A stretch of 57,195 nt of DNA from Actinomycetes bacterium (lineage in GTDB: Bacteria; Actinomycetota; Actinomycetes; S36-B12): the NCBI GenBank assembly GCA_037137855.1, contig JBAXJN010000001.1:1-57195 (forward strand), written 5' to 3'. The position numbers and the translations under genes were made by a program. This document shows positions 20,760-31,400 of the stretch, in pieces. The notes beneath the pieces are model-generated. The model was not told where the DNA came from. It saw only the letters and a list, made by a program, of their open reading frames with translations, and did no database searches. Each line of letters starts with the position of its first letter. The first letter of the stretch is position 1.

Positions 20760-22967
20760 ATGAGCGTCACTGACACTACCCAATCCTTGGACCGTGTTCT
20801 GGGCGGGAAGTCTGCTGGGGCCTTAAAAAAGGCTTTCGGCCTCACAACCGTGGGGGAATTGCTGCGGCATTACCCACGCAGATACGTAGCCCGTGGCGAA
20901 CTCACCGATATGGGAACCCTCGTCGATGGGGACGCCGTCACAATTTTGGCTGAAGTGGTCAGCGTGACCTCTCGGCCCATGCAACAGCGCCGGGGCAACT
21001 TGGTTGAAGTGGTTATTTCAGATGGAACCGACCGGCTCTCACTGACCTTCTTTAATCAGCGTTGGCGGGAGGGCATGTTCCGAGCTGGTCGGCGCGGACT
21101 TTTTGCTGGGGAAGTTTCTTCGTACCGAGGTAAGCGGCAGTTAGCTCATCCAACCTTTGAATTTTTTGCAGAGGATGTTGATGAAGATCCTGAACAGATC
21201 GCAATGTTTGCTGGTGCTTTCATTCCGGTCTATCCGGCAACGGCTTCAGTTTCATCGCTGCAGATCGCGCGAGCCATGGGAGTAGTCCTAGACACGCTTG
21301 GGGAGCTGCCTGAATCTTTGCCTGCAGAACTGCGAAAAGCCATGGGGCTCATTGACGTGAAGTCGGCGCTGTTAGCAGTTCACCGGCCAACTTCTCAGGA
21401 CGATATTGACCAAGCACGTCAACGATTGAAGTTTGAAGAAGCCTTTCTGCTGCAGACTTTGCTTGCCCAACGCCGCGCAGAGATAGCGCATCTGCCCGCG
21501 CGAGCTCGGGTGGAGCGCGATGGTCCGCTCGTTCGTGAACTTGAATCGAACCTGCCGTTCACGTTAACGGCAGGTCAGATTGCCGTTGGTGCCGAAATTG
21601 CTAATGACCTTGCTGGCGATCACCCTATGCATCGTTTACTCCAAGGCGATGTTGGCAGTGGCAAAACTCTTGTTGCATTGAAAGCGATGTTGAGTGTTGT
21701 TGACTCCGGTGGGCAAGCAGCGTTGCTCGCACCAACAGAGGTACTGGCGGCGCAACATTTTCGTTCAATCACAGAGTTACTAGGTTCAATGGCGCAGGGC
21801 GGGATGTTGGGAGGACACGATCGGGGCACGCAGGTTGCTTTAGTCACAGGCTCGATGAAGGTTGCCCAGCGTCGCAAAGATTTGTTGAAAATCATTTCTG
21901 GAGATGCCGGAATTATTGTTGGTACACACGCGCTTTTGACGGACACTGTTCAGTTTCGCGACCTTGGTTTAATCGTGGTCGATGAGCAGCATCGGTTTGG
22001 TGTTGAACAGCGAGCAGCACTTGCTGCGAAAGCTATCGATGGCACTCGGCCACACGTGTTAGTCATGACGGCCACCCCAATTCCTCGCACAGTTGCCATG
22101 ACGGTGTTTGGAGATTTGGATATTTCCACACTTGAAGGTCTTCCTGAAGGTCGCGCCGGTGTGACTACCCACGTTGTGCCAATGAAAGAGAAGCCAGCCC
22201 ATGTTGATCGAGCATGGGAGCGAGTTCGTGAAGAAGTTGTAGGAGGGCATCGAGTGTTCGTTGTGTGTCCGCGAATCGGAGACGATGAAGGGGACGAAGA
22301 CTTACTCGAATTAGAAATCGACGACGACACAGAGACAAAACGTCAGGTGGCTTCGGTCTTAGACACTGCGGAGTACTTGGCTAATGGCCCATTGGCAGGA
22401 CTGCGCGTTGGAATTCTGCACGGTCGAATGTCGTCAGATGACAAAGATGCCGCGATGTCGGCATTCGCGAGTGCTGATGCTGAACCGGGCATAGACGTAC
22501 TTGTATCAACAACTGTTATTGAGGTCGGAGTCGATGTCCCGAATGCAACTGCCATGGTGGTGCTAGACGCAGATCGTTTCGGTATCTCACAATTGCACCA
22601 ACTTCGAGGGCGAGTGGGACGCGGAAAATTCCCGGGACTGTGCTTGCTTTTAACTCAGGCAGACGCTGGGTCACCAGCTCGTCAACGGCTCGACGCCGTG
22701 GCTTCAACAACCGATGGATTTGAGTTAGCTCGCCTTGATCTTGCGCAACGACGCGAAGGCGATGTCCTTGGTGCTTCGCAATCGGGCCGGCGCTCTTCGC
22801 TCAAACTCTTGCAAGTGGTGTCTGATGTTGAAGTGATCCAAGAAGCGCGCGCGGCGGCGAATATGTTGATTTCAGATGATCCCAATCTTGATGCATACCC
22901 AGATCTTCGGTCAGCTCTTGCTGAACTGGTTGCGCAAGATCAAGCAGAATTTATCGAGAAGGCATGA
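20760..22967 (+). CDS. recG: ATP-dependent DNA helicase RecG
   Basis: Wedge/OB N-terminus, Walker A GDVGSGKT and DEQHRFG. I prefer the start at ATG 20760, with GAGG upstream. Confidence 0.92.
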   Translation: MSVTDTTQSLDRVLGGKSAGALKKAFGLTTVGELLRHYPRRYVARGELTDMGTLVDGDAVTILAEVVSVTSRPMQQRRGNLVEVVISDGTDRLSLTFFNQRWREGMFRAGRRGLFAGEVSSYRGKRQLAHPTFEFFAEDVDEDPEQIAMFAGAFIPVYPATASVSSLQIARAMGVVLDTLGELPESLPAELRKAMGLIDVKSALLAVHRPTSQDDIDQARQRLKFEEAFLLQTLLAQRRAEIAHLPARARVERDGPLVRELESNLPFTLTAGQIAVGAEIANDLAGDHPMHRLLQGDVGSGKTLVALKAMLSVVDSGGQAALLAPTEVLAAQHFRSITELLGSMAQGGMLGGHDRGTQVALVTGSMKVAQRRKDLLKIISGDAGIIVGTHALLTDTVQFRDLGLIVVDEQHRFGVEQRAALAAKAIDGTRPHVLVMTATPIPRTVAMTVFGDLDISTLEGLPEGRAGVTTHVVPMKEKPAHVDRAWERVREEVVGGHRVFVVCPRIGDDEGDEDLLELEIDDDTETKRQVASVLDTAEYLANGPLAGLRVGILHGRMSSDDKDAAMSAFASADAEPGIDVLVSTTVIEVGVDVPNATAMVVLDADRFGISQLHQLRGRVGRGKFPGLCLLLTQADAGSPARQRLDAVASTTDGFELARLDLAQRREGDVLGASQSGRRSSLKLLQVVSDVEVIQEARAAANMLISDDPNLDAYPDLRSALAELVAQDQAEFIEKA

Positions 22968-23548
22968 CGCGAATCATCGCCGGGCAGGCAAAAGGTCGAC
23001 GACTCTTGGTGCCGGCCAAAGGAACCCGTCCAACCTCTGATCGGGTTCGTGAATCCCTTTTCAACACCTTGACGAGTGAGTTACTTGCCGACGATCGACC
23101 TTGGAGCACCCTGTCGGTTTTGGATTTATATGCAGGCAGTGGAGCGCTAGGTATTGAAGCGGCGAGTAGAGGGGCGCAGCCGGTTTTGCTTGTGGAAAAA
23201 GCCCGGCTGGCGGCGGAAGTTATTCGAAAAAATATTGATCTCGTGGGGCTTCCCGGTCTGCAACTACTTTCGGCGGGCGTGGCAGAGCTCTTGAGCCGAA
23301 CACCGAGTGTCGCGTTCACGCTGGTATTCGCCGATCCGCCCTATGACGTCCCGGCAGGTTCACTTCGCGAACTTTTGAATTCTCTGGTTGAAACCGGCTG
23401 GGTTGCACCACTAGCCCGGGTAGTGGTTGAGCGACCAACCTCGGATCCAGAAGCGCCTTTGCCCGAAACTTGGATCGACTTTTCACAACGCAGGTATGGG
23501 GACACAACTCTTTGGTACGGTCGCGCCACCAACACGACAGGAGAATAA
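22964..23548 (+). CDS. rsmD: 16S rRNA (guanine966-N2)-methyltransferase
   Basis: N-terminus MTRIIAGQAKGRRL and the DPPY motif. ATGA overlap with recG. Confidence 0.88.
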   Translation: MTRIIAGQAKGRRLLVPAKGTRPTSDRVRESLFNTLTSELLADDRPWSTLSVLDLYAGSGALGIEAASRGAQPVLLVEKARLAAEVIRKNIDLVGLPGLQLLSAGVAELLSRTPSVAFTLVFADPPYDVPAGSLRELLNSLVETGWVAPLARVVVERPTSDPEAPLPETWIDFSQRRYGDTTLWYGRATNTTGE

Positions 23549-23551
23549 GCG

Positions 23552-24037
23552 GTGCGTAGAGCAGTTTGCCCAGGATCTTTTGATCCGGTGACCAACGGGC
23601 ATCTCGATGTTTTTGCCCGGGCAGCGAAACTTGCTGATGAGGTTGTCATCGTGGTGGCGATTAATAACAACAAGTCCGGCACGTTCACCATTGACGAGCG
23701 CATGGAAATGTTGCGTGAAGTGGTGGCTCCTTACCCAAATATTCGCGTTGATTCCTTTATGGGTCTGCTCGTTGATTACTGCAAAGACCATGACGTCCAG
23801 GCGATCATTAAGGGTCTGCGTGCGGTGACTGACTTCGACTATGAGCTGCAAATGGCCCAAATGAACTATCGGCTGACCGGAATCGAGACCCTGTTTGTCT
23901 CGACTAACCCGATCTATAGCTATTTATCATCGAGCCTGATCAAGGAAGTGGCCAACTTCGGTGGAGATATCGACGGTTTGCTCCCGGGTTCAGTCCAAGA
24001 TCGCCTCTTGGCGCGCATTGCCGAGAACAAGAAATAA
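23552..24037 (+). CDS. coaD: Phosphopantetheine adenylyltransferase
   Basis: Motif CPGSFDPVTNGH. 161 aa. Confidence 0.95.
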   Translation: MRRAVCPGSFDPVTNGHLDVFARAAKLADEVVIVVAINNNKSGTFTIDERMEMLREVVAPYPNIRVDSFMGLLVDYCKDHDVQAIIKGLRAVTDFDYELQMAQMNYRLTGIETLFVSTNPIYSYLSSSLIKEVANFGGDIDGLLPGSVQDRLLARIAENKK

Positions 24038-24132
24038 CCAGACTTTTCGCTCGTTCGTGAGACCGTAGGGGCCGAACGCATCAGGATTGATGCTGTGAGG
24101 GCAACTGTTGCGCGCACTGGTAGGGAGTGGTC

Positions 24133-24648
24133 ATGGATCTGCAAGACCGGTTAGAGGAACTGGCCGTCGTCATTGAAGATGCCAAGGCCATGCCGCTTTC
24201 GGCTTCCTGCATCGTCAATCGTCAGCAGATCCTGGATCTCATCCAAGAGGTACGACAGCTCCTGCCAGAGTCGGTCTACCGCGCCGACGAGTTGCTTGCT
24301 GACCGTGAAGCAGTGGTTCAAGACGGTCGCCGCGAGGCTGACCGCATTTTGGAACGCGCTCGTGGGGAGGCTGATCGCATGGTCGCTGAGCACGAGGTCT
24401 ATCTGGCCGCCGTGGCTGAGGCTGAGGCGATCCGCTCAGCGGTCGATGATGAAACCACCACAATGCGCAGCGAAACAGACGATTACATCGATGCCAAGCT
24501 CGCCACCTTTGAGATCACTTTGCAAAAGACCCTGCAGACCGTAGACCGCGGCCGTGAGCGCCTGCGTAGCCAGATGTATCAAGAATTGGCACCCACAGGT
24601 GAACTTGAGCCTGACTTTGGCGGCGGCTTCTACGACGACCAGCAGTAG
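24133..24648 (+). CDS. Conserved coiled-coil protein of unknown function, in the position held by a DivIVA-like gene in mycobacteria
   Basis: 171-aa charged, heptad-like sequence. GGGAG lies 5 nt upstream of ATG 24133; the GTG at 24127 is too close to the SD. Any relationship to DivIVA or ATP-synthase-b-like proteins is unverified. Confidence 0.6.
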   Translation: MDLQDRLEELAVVIEDAKAMPLSASCIVNRQQILDLIQEVRQLLPESVYRADELLADREAVVQDGRREADRILERARGEADRMVAEHEVYLAAVAEAEAIRSAVDDETTTMRSETDDYIDAKLATFEITLQKTLQTVDRGRERLRSQMYQELAPTGELEPDFGGGFYDDQQ

Positions 24649-24769
24649 GTCGCCTACCTTTCCCGGCTTTGGGGAACCTAGCTCTACCCGGTACTCTTGT
24701 CTGTCAGCCTCTAGCGAGGTCCTGATTGCCTGCGGCAACGTTGCCACTGGTTGATCCAAAAGGGGAGTT

Positions 24770-25342
24770 TTGACCAGCCTCGATCCAAGTAACGCACTCG
24801 TGCTTGACACGGATGCGCTCGGCCTGCCACGTAGGCCTGGTTCGATGGTCGAAGTTTCCCGGACGGCGCCAGCACCAGGCGATTTGGGCGTAGCCATGGC
24901 CAGAGTTATTCCAGATTCACCGATAGAGATGGAACTTCGTCTTGAAGCGGTGATGGAGGGTGTTTTGGTCAGCGGGGAAGTGGATCTGGAAATCAGCGCG
25001 GAATGTGCGCGCTGCCTAGAGCCACTGACCTGGGAGGAAACGGTCGATATCAGCGAGCTATTCGCCTATCCCGCCACGGATTCCCGGGGCGTGGTTGTCG
25101 AGGAGCCCGACGATGACGAAGATCCGTTGCCGATGCTTGATGGCGATTTAATCGACCTTGAGCCAACGCTGCGAGACTCTGTGGTGACAGCGATGCCAAT
25201 GGCACCGTTGTGTTCCCCAGATTGCGCCGGTCTGTGTTCCGAATGTGGAATTCGACTCGACGATAATCCAGGGCACGAACACCAAGCCGTTGATCCACGG
25301 TGGTCAGCACTTGCTGGTCTCGTAGACACACAAGAGGACTAG
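24770..25342 (+). CDS. yceD: YceD/DUF177 family protein
   Basis: Acidic protein with a C-terminal Cys cluster (CSPDCAGLCSECG), immediately upstream of rpmF as in most bacteria. The TTG start is uncertain. Confidence 0.8.
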   Translation: MTSLDPSNALVLDTDALGLPRRPGSMVEVSRTAPAPGDLGVAMARVIPDSPIEMELRLEAVMEGVLVSGEVDLEISAECARCLEPLTWEETVDISELFAYPATDSRGVVVEEPDDDEDPLPMLDGDLIDLEPTLRDSVVTAMPMAPLCSPDCAGLCSECGIRLDDNPGHEHQAVDPRWSALAGLVDTQED

Positions 25343-25391
25343 GCGACCGCCTGCTCCTCGTAATAACGCAACAACCGAAAGAGGAAAGACC

Positions 25392-25565
25392 GTGCCAGTA
25401 CCAAAGCGGAAGACTTCGCGATCCAACACCCGTCATCGTCGTTCACAGTGGAAAGCCATTGTGCCTAATTTGGTGACGTGCACGAACTGCAGTGCAAAGC
25501 GCCTTGCGCACACTGCATGCCCAACATGTGGCACGTACGCCAAGCGTCGCGTCCTGGACGTCTAA
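25392..25565 (+). CDS. rpmF: 50S ribosomal protein L32 (zinc-ribbon form)
   Basis: 57-aa ORF absent from the ORF track: VPVPKRKTSRSNTRHRRSQWK...CTNC...CPTCG. GAGGAAAG lies upstream of the GTG. Confidence 0.9.
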   Translation: MPVPKRKTSRSNTRHRRSQWKAIVPNLVTCTNCSAKRLAHTACPTCGTYAKRRVLDV

Positions 25566-25572
25566 TACTCAC

Positions 25573-26571
25573 ATGACAACAGTTGCCCTAGATCTCCTTG
25601 GCGGAGATGGGGCGCCTGGCGTGGTCGCAGACGCAGCGGCGGCACTGCTTGCGAATTCGGCGAATACCGGCCTCAGACTTGTCATAGTTGGACCAGTCGA
25701 TGTCGCGCGCGATCAATTAGTCGCGCGAGGTGTGGATTTAGATCGGGTCACGTTATTGCCTGCAACCAGCGGTGTCAGCATGGATGCTGCACCACTTGAA
25801 GTTGTGCGAACCGATGCCCAACGCGAGAACGCCGAGACCACGGTTGTCGTTGCAGCCCGCGCCGTGCGCGATGGACTAGCCGATGCTTGGGTGTCTGTGG
25901 GTCATACCGGAGCATCAGTGGCTTCTGCAGTCTTGACTCTGGGACGTATTCAAGGAATGTCGCGCCCAGCTCTTGCCGTTGTGGTTCCAGCCCTCGCCTC
26001 TCCCGTAGTCCTGCTTGATGTTGGTGCGACCACCACTGGCTCAGTTGGAACTCTCGAACAATTTGCCCTAGCTGGTCACGCCTTCGCACGAGCAGTTGGT
26101 GTCAGTAATCCGGCTATTGGGCTCCTGACTATCGGTTCTGAATCTGGCAAAGGTGACGAGCTGCGCGTTGAAGCAGACGCACACCTTCAAGAGGTTCTCA
26201 CCGCTCGGGGCTTGGATTATGCAGGCCCTGTCGAAGGTTTCGATGTCACTCGTGGCAGCAGAGCACAAGTCATCGTTACTGATGGATTCACCGGAAACGT
26301 CGTTTTGAAAAGCATCGAAGGTGCAGCAGCTTGGGCTGCACACCAAATCGGATTGGCCTATGGCGATCCTGGGCCAGCGCGCGGTGTTGTTCGCGCCGCG
26401 GCCGCCGGCTCTTTCGCTGGAGGGCTCCTTCTTGGAGTTGATGGCGTCACTGTGGTTGGACACGGAGCCGGAACAGCTGCGCAGGTTATTGGTTGTGTTG
26501 GTCTTGCTCAGCGCGCGGTGGAACAAAACTTGATTGGCAATATCAGTGCGGCTCTGGCGGACCTTCAATGA
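25573..26571 (+). CDS. plsX: Phosphate acyltransferase PlsX
   Basis: N-terminus MTTVALDLLGGDGAP and motif DGFTGNVVLK. The start is the ATG at 25573, because the upstream part of the listed ORF overlaps rpmF. Confidence 0.92.
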   Translation: MTTVALDLLGGDGAPGVVADAAAALLANSANTGLRLVIVGPVDVARDQLVARGVDLDRVTLLPATSGVSMDAAPLEVVRTDAQRENAETTVVVAARAVRDGLADAWVSVGHTGASVASAVLTLGRIQGMSRPALAVVVPALASPVVLLDVGATTTGSVGTLEQFALAGHAFARAVGVSNPAIGLLTIGSESGKGDELRVEADAHLQEVLTARGLDYAGPVEGFDVTRGSRAQVIVTDGFTGNVVLKSIEGAAAWAAHQIGLAYGDPGPARGVVRAAAAGSFAGGLLLGVDGVTVVGHGAGTAAQVIGCVGLAQRAVEQNLIGNISAALADLQ

Positions 26572-26789
26572 TGGCAGCGGTGACATCGGCCTATAGCCGC
26601 GTTCTTGGCCATGAAGTTTCGATGCGTGAAGACACACCCGTGAGCGCATTTGGCCCGTGGCTGGATATCGCTGTATTGGTTGCAGTCGCATTGAAAGAGT
26701 CAACAGGTATTGCATTATCGGACACACAGCTTAATTCCGCTCGTATCGCAGGCGACTTAGTTGCTGGCCTTGAAGCGAATTCACTATGA
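26568..26789 (+). CDS. Small hypothetical protein (73 aa), carrier-protein-like pattern without the attachment Ser
   Basis: ATGA overlaps at both ends, with the plsX stop and the rnc start. The C-terminal pattern L-x4-G-x2-L-x4-L...I-x3-L-x3-L resembles ACP/PCP helices II-IV, but the DSL motif reads DIA. Confidence 0.5.
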   Translation: MMAAVTSAYSRVLGHEVSMREDTPVSAFGPWLDIAVLVAVALKESTGIALSDTQLNSARIAGDLVAGLEANSL

Positions 26790-27496
26790 CCGAAAAACTT
26801 ACGGATGTGCGTTTGTTACAGCTAGCACAGCTTCGCGAGGAACTCGGAGTTCTCGTCAGTGACGAACTTTTGCACTTAGCGTTGATCCATCGCTCTTATG
26901 CGTACGAACAAGGTGGGATTCCACATAACGAGCGGTTGGAATTTCTAGGCGATTCAGTGCTTGGCATTGTGGTTACGGATGACTTGTACCGACGGTTCCC
27001 AGATTCAGCCGAGGGCCAGCTCGCGAAAATTCGAGCTGCTGTTGTAAATGCGCGCGCGCTTGCACAAGTTGCGCGAGCACTTGGCTTGGGCGATTACATC
27101 TTGCTAGGGCGCGGAGAAATCACTACGGGCGGAAACGATAAGTCCTCGATATTGGCTGACTGTATGGAAGCTGTGATCGGGGCTGTGTATCTCACTGGAG
27201 GCTTATCTGGAGCGGGTGACTTCGTACACCGCGTTTTTGATCCGATGATTTCAGCCTCTGCAGATCTTGGTGCGGGCCTTGATTGGAAGACATCTCTGCA
27301 AGAAGCCGCAGCTGCGTCAGACCTCGGAATTCCGCAGTACCTCGTTGAAGATTCTGGACCAGACCACGAGAAAGAATTTGCTGCCCGCGTTGTTGTCGGA
27401 GGTCATGTGCTCGGTACAGGTGTCGGGCGCTCAAAGAAACTTGCTGAGCAGCAGGCTGCAGAAACGGCCTACCTCGCATTAACTGAAAATGCCTGA
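26786..27496 (+). CDS. rnc: Ribonuclease III
   Basis: [12 protein letters not shown] signature and a C-terminal dsRBD. Confidence 0.95.
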   Translation: MTEKLTDVRLLQLAQLREELGVLVSDELLHLALIHRSYAYEQGGIPHNERLEFLGDSVLGIVVTDDLYRRFPDSAEGQLAKIRAAVVNARALAQVARALGLGDYILLGRGEITTGGNDKSSILADCMEAVIGAVYLTGGLSGAGDFVHRVFDPMISASADLGAGLDWKTSLQEAAAASDLGIPQYLVEDSGPDHEKEFAARVVVGGHVLGTGVGRSKKLAEQQAAETAYLALTENA

Positions 27497-28352
27497 ACTT
27501 CCTGAGGTTGAAATTGTTCGGCGGGGGATTAGTGAGTGGTCAACCAACCGGATCATCTCCCTCGTTGAAGTCTTGCACCCACGAGCTATTCGTCGCCAGA
27601 TTGATGACCTCGCAGGTGTTCTCGTAGGTCAAGAATTTCGTTGTGCCTCTCGGCGAGGAAAATATTTATGGCTTCCCTTTGCCAAGGAAGAGTCCTGTCT
27701 AATCGTGCATTTAGGGATGAGTGGACAACTGCTCGTGCAGCCCCCGAAAACTGAGCGCGAAAAGCACCTTCGGGTCCTGATTGCTTTTGCCGATGGTGGA
27801 AACGATCTACGTTTTGTGGACCAGCGCACATTCGGATTGGTCCAAACCAACACGTTGGTCACTGATGGCTCCGGGGGCATGATCCCGGCACAGGTCGCCC
27901 ATATCGCGCGAGATCCGATGGATCCGCTCTTTGACGATGACGTCTGGCGTAGCCAGCTCAAACGCAAAGACACCGAGATCAAGCGGGCGCTGCTGGATCA
28001 GACCCTGGTGTCAGGAATCGGCAACATCTACGCAGATGAGGCGCTGTGGCGCGCCGAGATTCACGGCAATACCCGGGCTTCCTCACTCACCGGGCCGCAA
28101 GCTCGCGATCTTTTAGGCCAGACCCGAGAGGTCATGACCCAGGCGCTGGCTGCTGGCGGAACCAGCTTTGATTCCCTGTACGTCAATGTGAACGGGAATT
28201 CGGGATATTTCAGTCGGTCGCTAAACGCATATGGGCAAGAAGGGGAGCCGTGCCCCCGCTGCGGCTCCATGATTCGGCGTGAAAAGTTCATGAATCGCTC
28301 AAGCTTTTCCTGCCCGAGGTGTCAGCGGTGGCAACCCCGCGTTGGGCGATAG
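27489..28352 (+). CDS. mutM: Formamidopyrimidine-DNA glycosylase
   Basis: N-terminus MPELPEVE and a C-terminal zinc finger (CPRCG...CPRC). 8-nt overlap with rnc. Confidence 0.93.
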   Translation: MPELPEVEIVRRGISEWSTNRIISLVEVLHPRAIRRQIDDLAGVLVGQEFRCASRRGKYLWLPFAKEESCLIVHLGMSGQLLVQPPKTEREKHLRVLIAFADGGNDLRFVDQRTFGLVQTNTLVTDGSGGMIPAQVAHIARDPMDPLFDDDVWRSQLKRKDTEIKRALLDQTLVSGIGNIYADEALWRAEIHGNTRASSLTGPQARDLLGQTREVMTQALAAGGTSFDSLYVNVNGNSGYFSRSLNAYGQEGEPCPRCGSMIRREKFMNRSSFSCPRCQRWQPRVGR

Positions 28353-28405
28353 ACTCCTGACACTGTCAAAGGCGCACTTCCCCCGCCCCAGCGACCCGGA
28401 GAATT

Positions 28406-31400
28406 GTGCATCTCAAGAGTATGACGTTGAAGGGCTTCAAGTCCTTCGCATCTTCCACAACCATGCACTTTGAGCCTGGCGTCACCTGTGTGGTGGGTCC
28501 AAACGGTTCAGGGAAGTCCAATGTTGTTGATGCTCTGGCCTGGGTCATGGGAGAGCAAGGCGCCAAGAGCCTGCGCGGCGGAAAAATGGAAGACGTCATC
28601 TTCTCTGGCACCGCAGGACGCGCCCCACTTGGTCGCGCAGAAGTGTCGCTCACAATCGACAACTCCGATGGTGCGCTACCCATTGATTACACGGAAGTAA
28701 CTATTTCTCGCACACTGTTTCGTAACGGTGGTTCTGAATACGCAATGAACGGTCAACCATGTCGACTCTTGGATGTGCAAGAGCTCCTCAGCGACTCAGG
28801 CATTGGTCGCGAAATGCATGTGATCGTTGGTCAGGGCCAGCTCGACACGATCTTGCAGGCAACACCAGAAGATCGACGCGGTTTCATTGAAGAAGCGGCT
28901 GGGGTGCTCAAGCATCGTCGTCGCAAAGAAAAAGCGCTGCGCAAATTAGATTCCATGGAAGCCAACCTGACTCGCTTGAATGACCTCACCACAGAACTTC
29001 GACGGCAGCTCAAACCACTTGGACGCCAAGCTGAAGTCGCGCGACGCGCAGTTGTTATTCAGACCGATGCTCGTGATGCTCGCCTGCGTTTGATGGCGGA
29101 TGATCTTGTGCAGATGCGCATTGCATTCGCAGCTGAAGTCGCGGATGAGTCAGCACTTCGAAGCCGTCAAGATGTAGTGGAAACCGCGCTGAATGGCCTC
29201 CGAGAAAAAGAAACCTCCACTGAGGCAGAAGCGCTAGTAGAAGCTCCGCTCCTTGAAGCCGCTCAGGAAACTTGGTTCTCGCTCAGCGGACTTCGCGAAC
29301 GATTCGTTGGTCTTGTTCAGTTAAGTGCCGAACGGGTGCGCAATCTGCAGCCCGAGTCAGCTGAAGAAAACCCTGGCCGCGATCCCGAACAGCTCGATGC
29401 TGAAGCCCGAACCTTGCGCGCTCAAGAATTTGAATTGAGCCGGGAAGTCGCAGCATCCAGAGACGGACTCGCTGGGGCAAGCACCGCGCGTCAACTAGCC
29501 GAAGAAGCATTTACGGCTGAAGAACGACGTGTCTCATCAGTTGAGAAAGACGCGGCCCAACGTCGTGAAGCGTTGGTGAGACTCACCGGACAAGTGCACG
29601 CGGCTCAGTCGCGTCTAGAGGCTCGCACTCATGAACTTGAGCGACTTCGTGAGTCGATTCGTGAGGCAACTGCACGCAGCGATCAGGCGCAATCAGAATT
29701 CCAGGCAATCGAAGTCAAGGTTGCTGGTCTTGACGAAGGCGAAGTCGGACTCGATGAGCGCCATGAACGAGCAGAAGCAACCTTGATTGCTGCCGACGCT
29801 GAAGTTGAACGTCTGCGCGGGATTGAAGCAACGAGTGAGCGTGAGCGCGCTGCACTCGCGGCACGTCTTGAAGCGCTGTCAATGTCGCTGACTCGCAAAG
29901 ATGCAGGTGGTGCATTGGTAGCTGCCGCTGACCGCGTCCCTGGTTTCGTTGGTCCATTGGCGAAGCAACTCCACATTGAACACGGTGCGCAAGCAGCAGT
30001 TGCGGCAGTACTTGGCGATCTAGCCGATGCAATTGTTGTGCGCGGCGTACAGGCTGCAGTGAGTTCGCTCGTGTTGCTCAAGGAGCAAGATGCAGGCCGC
30101 GCAGCACTTGTTGTAGCCACGGAAGGTTTTGACCATCACCTCGGCACTCGAGGTACAGCACCGACCGGCATTTGGCTTCGCGATCAAGTTCGGTGTGACG
30201 ACAGTCTCCGCTCAGTGGTAGATCGACTACTAGACGGTGCCGTGCTCGTGACCGATGTTGATGAAGCTGCAAAGGCATCGCAATCTCACCCTGAACTAAC
30301 CTTCGTTACCCCATTGGGTGATGTTTTCACTCGCGATGTTGTGCATGGTGGCTCGCAGAGCACCTTGAGTTTGCTGGAAGTTCAGGCTGCATACGATGAA
30401 ACGGAATCGGCGTTACAACTAGCTGTGCACACCGCGGAGCGTGCTCGTTTTGACATGGTTGCCGCCAAGCAAGCGCAGGCGCAAGCAGTCTCGCTCGTTG
30501 AGCAGGCACTCTCTGGCCTGCACGAGTCAGATGCTCGAATGGCAGCTGTTGCTGAACAGCTTGGACAACTTGGTCAAGTTGCGCGTGCAGCAACAGCAGA
30601 AGCTGCGCGCCTCACGCAGACGTTGTTGGCAGCTGAAGTTGCACACACAACAGATGTTGCAGATCACGAGCGATTGAACGAACGACTTTCGACCTCACAA
30701 GCCGAGCCAGAGATTGAGCTAGGCGAGGATCTGCGCGTAGGTTTATCTGAGTTGGCAAGAGTTTCTCGTCAGGCAGAAGTCGATGCTCGTCTAGCGCTTC
30801 GCACAGGTGAAGAGCGTGTGGCTGCAGTTGGAATCCGTGCAGAACAACTTGAACGCGGCGCAAATGCTGAACGTGAGGCTCGGGTTGCAGCGATTGCTCG
30901 ACGCGAAAAACGCGCACGTGACTTAACTGCTGCTCAGGCGGTTCTCAGCGGTGCCAAAGCAGCGCTTTCGCGCATTGAAGCATCTGTGGCACAGGCCAGC
31001 ACTGATCGCGCGAATGCTGAAAAGCAGCGTAAGTCACGCGATGAAACCCTCGTGACGGTGCGAGCCAGAATCCGTGAGCTCACTGCTGAGCTCGATCTAC
31101 TAAAAGATAGTGTCCACCGCGATGAAGTAGCTCGTGCTGAGCAGAGAATGCGCATTGAGCAAGTTGTCGATCGTGCGATGGAAGAATTCGGCATTGAGCC
31201 TGAAGTTTTGGTCGGTGAATATGGCCCTGATCAACTCGTGCCACGAAGTTTGATTGTTGCAGGCGATGAAGTGCCAGAAGACGCACCTGCCCCTGAGGCA
31301 TACCCCTTTGTTCGTGTTGAACAAGAAAAGCGCTTGAAAGAAGCAGAGCGTGGGCTGGCACTCCTGGGCAAGGTCAATCCGCTCGCTTTGGAAGAGTTCA

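Noticed and set aside
26068-26727. 219-aa minus-strand ORF opposite plsX and the small downstream ORF
   Set aside because: It is antisense to a well-supported plsX, has no recognisable domain and has no RBS. It is a shadow ORF.
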